A stretch of DNA of 64,000 bases from Auanema rhodensis (Eukaryota; Animalia; Nematoda), in the NCBI GenBank assembly GCA_964057225.1, contig OZ059899.1:496001-560000 (forward strand). Reading direction: 5' to 3'. The notes under the pieces are model-generated. The model made no database searches. It had not been told where the DNA came from and worked only from the letters and a program-made list of their open reading frames with translations. Made by a program: the position numbers and the translations under genes. Of the stretch, positions 53,721-64,000 are shown one piece after another (within the stretch, counting starts at the first letter, position 1; the number at the start of each line of letters is the position of its first letter).

Positions 53721-56700
53721 CACGTGATGTGCACTTGGTATGTAACTCGCTTCACGTGAAAGATAAAGAGATGCGGTTTTCAAAATTAGATTCCCCATGT
53801 CCATATTAGTCTAAAAACAAATTTTTATTGATATTGGTGCATGGTAACCATGACTTTGAAATTTACGTGAACTTTAATTTATGCTAATTAAATGTACACG
53901 TGATGTGCACTTGGTATGTAACTCGCTTCACGTGAAAGATAAAGAGATGCGGTTTTCAAAATTAGATTCCCCATGTCCATATTAGTCTAAAAACAAATTT
54001 TTATTGATATTGGTGCATGGTAACCATGACTTTGAAATTTACGTGAACTTTAATTTATGCTAATTAAATGTACACGTGATGTGTACTTGGTATGTAACTC
54101 GCTTCACGTGAAAGATAAAGAGATGCGGTTTTCAAAATTAGATTCCCCATGTCCATATTAGTCTAAAAACAAATTTTTTTTGATATTGGTTCATGGTAAC
54201 CATGACTTTGAAATTTACGTGAACTTCAATTTATGCTAATTAAATGTACACGTGATGTGCACTTGGTATGTAACTCGCTTCACGTGAAAGATAAAGAGAT
54301 GCGGTTTTCAAAATTAGATTCTCCATGTCCATTTTAATCAAAAATCAAATTTTTATTGATATTGGTTCATGGTAACCATGACTTTGAAATTTACGTGAAC
54401 TTTAATTTATGCTAATTAAATGTACACGTGATGTGCACTTGGTATGTAACTCGCTTCACGTGAAAGATAAAGAGATGCGGTTTTCAAAATTAGATTCCCC
54501 ATGTCCATATTAGTCTAAAAACATATTTTTATTGATATTGGTTCATGGTAACCATGACTTTGAAATTTACGTGAACTTCAATTTATGCTAATTAAATGTA
54601 CACGTGATGTGCTCTTGGTATGTAACTCGCTTCACGTGAAAGATAAAGAGATGCGGTTTCCAAAATTAGATTCCCCATGTCCATATTAGTCTAAAAACAA
54701 ATTTTTATTGATATTGGTGCATGGTAACCATGACTTTGAAATTTACGTGAACTTTAATTTATGCTAATTAAATGTACACGTGATGTGCACTTGGTATGTA
54801 ACTCGCTTCACGTGAACGATAAAGAGATGCGGTTTTCAAAATTAGATTCCCCATGTCCATATTAGTCTAAAAACAAATTTTTATTGATATTGGTTCATGG
54901 TAACCATGACTTTGAAATTTACGTGAACTTTAATTTATGCTAATTAAATGTACACGTGATGTGCACTTGGTATGTAACTCGCTTCACGTGAAAGATAAAG
55001 AGATGCGGTTTTCAAAATTAGATTCCCCATGTCCATATTAGTCTAAAAACAAATTTTTATTGATATTGGTGCATGGTAACCATGACTTTGAAATTTACGT
55101 GAACTTTAATTTATGCTAATTAAATGTACACGTGATGTGCCCTTGGTATGTAACTCGCTTCACGTGAAAGATAAAGAGATGCGGTTTTCAAAATTAGATT
55201 CCCCATGTCCATATTAGTCTAAAAACAAATTTTTATTGATATTGGTGCTTGGTAACCATGACTTTGAAATTTACGTGAACTTTAATTTATGCTAATTAAA
55301 TGTACACGTGATGTGCACTTGGTATGTAACTCGCTTCACGTGAAAAATAAAGAGATGCGGTTTTCAAAATTAGATTCCCCATGTCCATATTAGTCTAGAA
55401 ACAAATTTTTATTGATATTGGTGCATGGTAACCATGACTTTGAAATTTACGTGAACTTTAATTTATGCTAATTAAATGTACACGTGATGTGCACTTGGTA
55501 TGTAACTCGCTTCACGTGAAAGATAAAGAGATGCGGTTTTCAAAATTAGATTCCCCATGTCCATATTAGTCTAAAAACAAATTTTTATTGATATTGGTTC
55601 ATGGTAACCATGACTTTGAAATTTACGTGAACTTCAATTTATGCTAATTAAATGTACACGTGATGTGCACTTGGTATGTAACTCGCTTCACGTGAAAGAT
55701 AAAGAGATTCGGTTTCCAAAATTAGATTCCCCATGTCCATATTAGTCTAAAAACAAATTTTTATTGATATTGGTGCATGGTAACCATGACTTTGAAATTT
55801 ACGTGAACTTTAATTTATGCTAATTAAATGTACACGTGATGTGCACTTGGTATGTAACTCGCTTCACGTGAACGATAAAGAGATGCGGTTTTCAAAATTA
55901 GATTCCCCATGTCCATATTAGTCTAAAAACAAATTTTTATTGATATTGGTGCATGGTAACCATGACTTTGAAATTTACGTGAACTTTAATTTATGCTAAT
56001 TAAATGTACACGTGATGTGCACTTGGTATGTAACTCGCTTCACGTGAACGATAAAGAGATGCGGTTTTCAAAATTAGATTCCCCATGTCCATATTAGTCT
56101 AAAAACAAATTTTTATTGATATTGGTTCATGGTAACCATGACTTTGAAATTTACGTGAACTTCAATTTATGCTAATTAAATGTACACGTGATGTGCACTT
56201 GGTATGTAACTCGCTTCACGTGAAAGATAAAGAGATGCGGTTTTCAAAATTAGATTCCCCATGTCCATATTAGTCTAAAAACAAATTTTTATTGATATTG
56301 GTTCATGGTAACCATGACTTTGAAATTTACGTGAACTTTAATTTATGCTAATTAAATGTACACGTGATGTGCACTTGGTATGTAACTCGCTTCACGTGAA
56401 AGATAAAGAGATGCGGTTTTCAAAATTAGATTCCCCATGTCCATATTAGTCTAAAAACAAATTTTTATTGATATTGGTTCATGGTAACCATGACTTTGAA
56501 ATTTACGTGAACTTTAATTTATGCTAATTAAATGTACACGTGATGTGCACTTGGTATGTAACTCGCTTCACGTGAAAGATAAAGAGATGCGGTTTTCAAA
56601 ATTAGATTCCCCATGTCCATATTAGTCTAAAAACAAATTTTTATTGATATTGGTTCATGGTAACCATGACTTTGAAATTTACGTGAACTTTAATTTATGC

Positions 56701-59700
56701 TAATTAAATGTACACGTGATGTGCACTTGGTATGTAACTCGCTTCACGTGAAAGATAAAGAGATGCGGTTTTCAAAATTAGATTCCCCATGTCCATATTA
56801 GTCTAAAAACAAATTTTTATTGATATTGGTTCATGGTAACCATGACTTTGAAATTTACGTGAACTTTAATTTATGCTAATTAAATGTACACGTGATGTGC
56901 ACTTGGTATGTAACTCGCTTCACGTGAAAGATAAAGAGATGCGGTTTTCAAAATTAGATTCCCCATGTCCATATTAGTCTAAAAACAAATTTTTATTGAT
57001 ATTGGTTCATGGTAACCATGACTTTGAAATTTACGTGAACTTCAATTTATGCTAATTAAATGTACACGTGATGTGTACTTGGTATGTAACTCGCTTCACG
57101 TGAAAGATAAAGAGATGCGGTTTTCAAAATTAGATTCCCCATGTCCATATTAGTCTAAAAACAAATTTTTATTGATATTGGTTCATGGTAACCATGACTT
57201 TGAAATTTACGTGAACTTCAATTTATGCTAATTAAATGTACACGTGATGTGCACTTGGTATGTAACTCGCTTCACGTGAAAGATAAAGAGATGCGGTTTT
57301 CAAAATTAGATTCCCCATGTCCATATTAGTCTAAAAACAAATTTTTATTGATATTGGTGCATGGTAACCATGACTTTGAAATTTACGTGAACTTTAATTT
57401 ATGCTAATTAAATGTACACGTGATGTGCACTTGGTATGTAACTCGCTTCACGTGAAAGATAAAGAGATGCGGTTTTCAAAATTAGATTCCCCATGTCCAT
57501 ATTAGTCTAAAAACAAATTTTTATTGATATTGGTTCATGGTAACCATGACTTTGAAATTTACGTGAACTTCAATTTATGCTAATTAAATGTACACGTGAT
57601 GTGCTCTTGGTATGTAACTCGCTTCACGTGAAAGATAAAGAGATGCGGTTTTCAAAATTAGATTCCCCATGTCCATATTAGTCTAAAAACAAATTTTTAT
57701 TGATATTGGTTCATGGTAACCATGACTTTGAAATTTACGTGAACTTTAATTTATGCTAATTAAATGTACACGTGATGTGCACTTGGTATGTAACTCGCTT
57801 CACGTGAACGATAAAGAGATGCGGTTTTCAAAATTAGATTCCCCATGTCCATATTAGTCTAAAAACAAATTTTTATTGATATTGGTGCATGGTAACCATG
57901 ACTTTGAAATTTACGTGAACTTTAATTTATGCTAATTAAATGTACACGTGATGTGCACTTGGTATGTAACTCGCTTCACGTGAACGATAAAGAGATGCGG
58001 TTTTCAAAATTAGATTCCCCATGTCCATATTAGTCTAAAAACAAATTTTTATTGATATTGGTGCATGGTAACCATGACTTTGAAATTTACGTGAACTTTA
58101 ATTTATGCTAATTAAATGTACACGTGATGTGCTCTTGGTATGTAACTCGCTTCACGTGAAAGATAAAGAGATGCGGTTTTCAAAATTAGATTCCCCATGT
58201 CCATATTAGTCTAAAAACAAATTTTTATTGATATTGGTGCATGGTAACCATGACTTTGAAATTTACGTGAACTTTAATTTATGCTAATTAAATGTACACG
58301 TGATGTGCACTTGGTATGTAACTCGCTTCACGTGAACGATAAAGAGATGCGGTTTTCAAAATTAGATTCCCCATGTCCATATTAGTCTAAAAACAAATTT
58401 TTATTGATATTGGTGCATGGTAACCATGACTTTGAAATTTACGTGAACTTTAATTTATGCTAATTAAATGTACACGTGATGTGCACTTGGTATGTAACTC
58501 GCTTCACGTGAACGATAAAGAGATGCGGTTTTCAAAATTAGATTCCCCATGTCCATATTAGTCTAAAAACAAATTTTTATTGATATTGGTTCATGGTAAC
58601 CATGACTTTGAAATTTACGTGAACTTTAATTTATGCTAATTAAATGTACACGTGATGTGCACTTGGTATGTAACTCGCTTCACGTGAAAGATAAAGAGAT
58701 GCGGTTTTCAAAATTAGATTCCCCATGTCCATATTAGTCTAAAAACAAATTTTTATTGATATTGGTTCATGGTAACCATGACTTTGAAATTTACGTGAAC
58801 TTTAATTTATGCTAATTAAATGTACACGTGATGTGCACTTGGTATGTAACTCGCTTCACGTGAAAGATAAAGAGATGCGGTTTTCAAAATTAGATTCCCC
58901 ATGTCCATATTAGTCTAAAAACAAAGTTTTATTGATATTGGTTCATGGTAACCATGACTTTGAAATTTACGTGAACTTCAATTTATGCTAATTAAATGTA
59001 CACGTGATGTGCACTTGGTATGTAACTCGCTTCACGTGAAAGATAAAGAGATGCGGTTTTCAAAATTAGATTCCCCATGTCCATATTAGTCTAAAAACAA
59101 ATTTTTATTGATATTGGTGCATGGTAACCATGACTTTGAAATTTACGTGAACTTTAATTTATGCTAATTAAATGTACACGTGATGTGCACTTGGTATGTA
59201 ACTCGCTTCACGTGAAAGATAAAGAGATGCGGTTTTCAAAATTAGATTCCCCATGTCCATATTAGTCTAAAAACAAATTTTTATTGATATTGGTTCATGG
59301 TAACCATGACTTTGAAATTTACGTGAACTTTAATTTATGCTAATTAAATGTACACGTGATGTGCACTTGGTATGTAACTCGCTTCACGTGAAAGATAAAG
59401 AGATGCGGTTTTCAAAATTAGATTCCCCATGTCCATATTAGTCTAAAAACAAATTTTTATTGATATTGGTGCATGGTAACCATGACTTTGAAATTTACGT
59501 GAACTTTAATTTATGCTAATTAAATGTACACGTGATGTGCACTTGGTATGTAACTCGTTTCACGTGAAAGATAAAGAGATGCGGTTTTCAAAATTAGATT
59601 CCCCATGTCCATATTAGTTTAAAAACAAATTTTTATTGATATTGGTTCATGGTAACCATGACTTTGAAATTTACGTGAACTTTAATTTATGCTAATTAAA

Positions 59701-62700
59701 TGTACACGTGATGTGCACTTGGTATGTAACTCGCTTCACGTGAACGATAAAGAGATGCGGTTTTCAAAATTAGATTCCCCATGTCCATATTAGTCTAAAA
59801 ACAAATTTTTATTGATATTGGTTCATGGTAACCATGACTTTGAAATTTACGTGAACTTTAATTTATGCTAATTAAATGTACACGTGATGTGCACTTGGTA
59901 TGTAACTCGCTTCACGTGAAAGATAAAGAGATGCGGTTTTCAAAATTAGATTCCCCATGTCCATATTAGTCTAAAAACAAATTTTTATTGATATTGGTGC
60001 ATGGTAACCATGACTTTGAAATTTACGTGAACTTTAATTTATGCTAATTAAATGTACACGTGATGTGCCCTTGGTATGTAACTCGCTTCACGTGAAAGAT
60101 AAAGAGATGCGGTTTTCAAAATTAGATTCCCCATGTCCATATTAGTCTAAAAACAAATTTTTATTGATATTGGTGCTTGGTAACCATGACTTTGAAATTT
60201 ACGTGAACTTTAATTTATGCTAATTAAATGTACACGTGATGTGCACTTGGTATGTAACTCGCTTCACGTGAAAGATAAAGAGATGCGGTTTTCAAAATTA
60301 GATTCCCCATGTCCATATTAGTCTAAAAAAAAATTTTTATTGATATTGGTGCATGGTAACCATGACTTTGAAATTTACGTGAACTTTAATTTATGCTAAT
60401 TAAATGTACACGTGATGTGCACTTGGTATGTAACTCGCTTCACGTGACAGATAAAGAGATGCGGTTTTCAAAATTAGATTCCCCATGTCCATATTAGTCT
60501 AAAAACAAATTTTTATTGATATTGGTTCATGGTAACCATGACTTTGAAATTTACGTGAACTTCAATTTATGCTAATTAAATGTACACGTGATGTGCACTT
60601 GGTATGTAACTCGCTTCACGTGAAAGATAAAGAGATTCGGTTTCCAAAATTAGATTCCCCATGTCCATATTAGTCTAAAAACAAATTTTTATTGATATTG
60701 GTGCATGGTAACCATGACTTTGAAATTTACGTGAACTTTAATTTATGCTAATTAAATGTACACGTGATGTGCACTTGGTATGTAACTCGCTTCACGTGAA
60801 CGATAAAGAGATGCGGTTTTCAAAATTAGATTCCCCATGTCCATATTAGTCTAAAAACAAATTTTTATTGATATTGGTTCATGGTAACCATGACTTTGAA
60901 ATTTACGTGAACTTTAATTTATGCTAATTAAATGTACACGTGATGTGCACTTGGTATGTAACTCGCTTCACGTGAAAGATAAAGAGATGCGGTTTTCAAA
61001 ATTAGATTACCCATGTCCATATTAGTCTAAAAACAAATTTTTATTGATATTGGTTCATGGTAACCATGACTTTGAAATTTACGTGAACTTTAATTTATGC
61101 TAATTAAATGTACACGTGATGTGCACTTGGTATGTAACTCGCTTCACGTGAAAGATAAAGAGATGCGGTTTTCAAAATTAGATTACCCATGTCCATATTA
61201 GTCTAAAAACAAATTTTTATTGATATTGGTTCATGGTAACCATGACTTTGAAATTTACGTGAACTTTAATTTATGCTAATTAAATGTACACGTGATGTGC
61301 ACTTGGTATGTAACTCGCTTCACGTGAAAGATAAAGAGATGCGGTTTTCAAAATTAGATTCCCCATGTCCATATTAGTCTAAAAACAAATTTTTATTGAT
61401 ATTTGTGCATGGTAACCATGACTTTGAAATTCACGTGAACTTTAATTTATGCTAATTAAATGTACACGTGATGTGCACTTGGTATGTAACTCGCTTCACG
61501 TGAAAGATAAAGAGATGCGGTTTTCAAAATTAGATTCCCCATGTCCATATTAGTCTAAAAACAAATTTTTATTGATATTGGTTCATGGTAACCATGACTT
61601 TGAAATTTACGTGAACTTTAATTTATGCTAATTAAATGTACACGTGATGTGCACTTGGTATGTAACTCGCTTCACGTGAAAGATAAAGAGATGCGGTTTT
61701 CAAAATTAGATTCCCCATGTCCATATTAGTCTAAAAACAAATTTTTATTGATATTGGTTCATGGTAACCATGACTTTGAAATTTACGTGAACTTCAATTT
61801 ATGCTAATTAAATGTACACGTGATGTGCCCTTGGTATGTAACTCGCTTCACGTGAAAGATAAAGAGATGCGGTTTTCAAAATTAGATTCCCCATGTCCAT
61901 ATTAGTCTAAAAACAAATTTTTATTGATATTGGTGCATGGTAACCATGACTTTGAAATTTACGTGAACTTTAATTTATGCTAATTAAATGTACACGTGAT
62001 GTGCACTTGGTATGTAACTCGCTTCACGTGAAAGATAAAGAAATGCGGTTTTCAAAATTAGATTCCCCATGTCCATATTAGTCTAAAAACAAATTTTTAT
62101 TGATATTGGTTCATGGTAACCATGACTTTGAAATTTACGTGAACTTCAATTTATGCTAATTAAATGTACACGTGATGTGCACTTGGTATGTAACTCGCTT
62201 CACGTGAAAGATAAAGAGATTCGGTTTCCAAAATTAGATTCCCCATGTCCATATTAGTCTAAAAACAAATTTTTATTGATATTGGTGCATGGTAACCATG
62301 ACTTTGAAATTTACGTGAACTTTAATTTATGCTAATTAAATGTACACGTGATGTGCACTTGGTATGTAACTCGCTTCACGTGAACGATAAAGAGATGCGG
62401 TTTTCAAAATTAGATTCCCCATGTCCATATTAGTCTAAAAACAAATTTTTATTGATATTGGTTCATGGTAACCATGACTTTGAAATTTACGTGAACTTTA
62501 ATTTATGCTAATTAAATGTACACGTGATGTGCACTTGGTATGTAACTCGCTTCACGTGAAAGATAAAGAGATGCGGTTTTCAAAATTAGATTACCCATGT
62601 CCATATTAGTCTAAAAACAAATTTTTATTGATATTGGTTCATGGTAACCATGACTTTGAAATTTACGTGAACTTTAATTTATGCTAATTAAATGTACACG

Positions 62701-64000
62701 TGATGTGCACTTGGTATGTAACTCGCTTCACGTGAAAGATAAAGAGATGCGGTTTTCAAAATTAGATTCCCCATGTCCATATTAGTCTAAAAACAAATTT
62801 TTATTGATATTTGTGCATGGTAACCATGACTTTGAAATTCACGTGAACTTTAATTTATGCTAATTAAATGTACACGTGATGTGCACTTGGTATGTAACTC
62901 GCTTCACGTGAAAGATAAAGAGATGCGGTTTTCAAAATTAGATTCCCCATGTCCATATTAGTCTAAAAACAAATTTTTATTGATATTGGTTCATGGTAAC
63001 CATGACTTTGAAATTTACGTGAACTTTAATTTATGCTAATTAAATGTACACGTGATGTGCCCTTGGTATGTAACTCGCTTCACGTGAGAGATAAAGAGAT
63101 GCGGTTTTCAAAATTAGATTCCCCATGTCCATATTAGTCTAAAAACAAATTTTTATTGATATTGGTTCATGGTAACCATGACTTTGAAATTTACGTGAAC
63201 TTTAATTTATGCTAATTAAATGTACACGTGATGTGCACTTGGTATGTAACTCGCTTCACGTGAAAGATAAAGAGATGCGGTTTTCAAAATTAGATTCCCC
63301 ATGTCCATATTAGTCTAAAAACAAATTTTTATTGATATTAGTGCATGGTAACCATGACTTTGAAATTTACGTGAACTTTAATTTATGCTAATTAAATGTA
63401 CACGTGATGTGCCCTTGGTATGTAACTCGCTTCACGTGAAAGATAAAGAGATGCGGTTTTCAAAATTAGATTCCCCATGTCCATATTAGTCTAAAAACAA
63501 ATTTTTATTGATATTGGTGCATGGTAACCATGACTTTGAAATTTACGTGAACTTTAATTTATGCTAATTAAATGTACACGTGATGTGCCCTTGGTATGTA
63601 ACTCGCTTCACGTGAAAGATAAAGAGATGCGGTTTTCAAAATTAGATTCACCATGTCCATATTAGTCTAAAAACAAATTTTTATTGATATTGGTGCATGG
63701 TAACCATGACTTTGAAATTTACGTGAACTTTAATTTATGCTAATTAAATGTACACGTGATGTGCCCTTGGTATGTAACTCGCTTCACGTGAAAGATAAAG
63801 AGATGCGGTTTTCAAAATTAGATTCCCCATGTCCATATTAGTCTAAAAACAAATTTTTATTGATATTGGTTCATGGTAACCATGACTTTGAAATTTACGT
63901 GAACTTTAATTTATGCTAATTAAATGTACACGTGATGTGCACTTGGTATGTAACTCGCTTCACGTGAAAGATAAAGAGATGCGGTTTTCAAAATTAGATT

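Larger units (their letters stand above)
46004..64000 (-). repeat. 176-bp satellite array, reverse arm (about 99 monomers, runs off the window)
   Basis: From 46004 the sequence is the reverse complement of the same monomer (AGTCTAAAAACAAATTTTTATTGATATTGG...). Confidence 0.99.

Overview
The whole 64-kb window is one eukaryotic-type tandem satellite array: about 357 copies of a highly homogeneous, AT-rich (about 32% GC) 176-bp monomer (AGACTAATATGGACATGGGG...AATAAAAATTTGTTTTT). It is plausibly centromeric or pericentromeric; the organism was not identified. There are no credible genes, RNA genes or CRISPR arrays. Internal structure: (1) a strand switch at 46001/46004, with a + arm at 1-46001 and a - arm at 46004-64000; (2) eight monomers carrying the same 198-bp insertion (one is 179 bp), made of a 20-bp minisatellite and flanked by a 5-bp ACGTG duplication; (3) seven 119-bp deleted monomers with a locally templated 20-bp filler; (4) nested higher-order repeats and multi-kb tandem duplications. 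Rare variants at about 7-15 kb recur in mirror order at about 55-47 kb. This suggests an old inverted duplication whose left arm later gained about 30 kb of more homogeneous satellite next to the junction.
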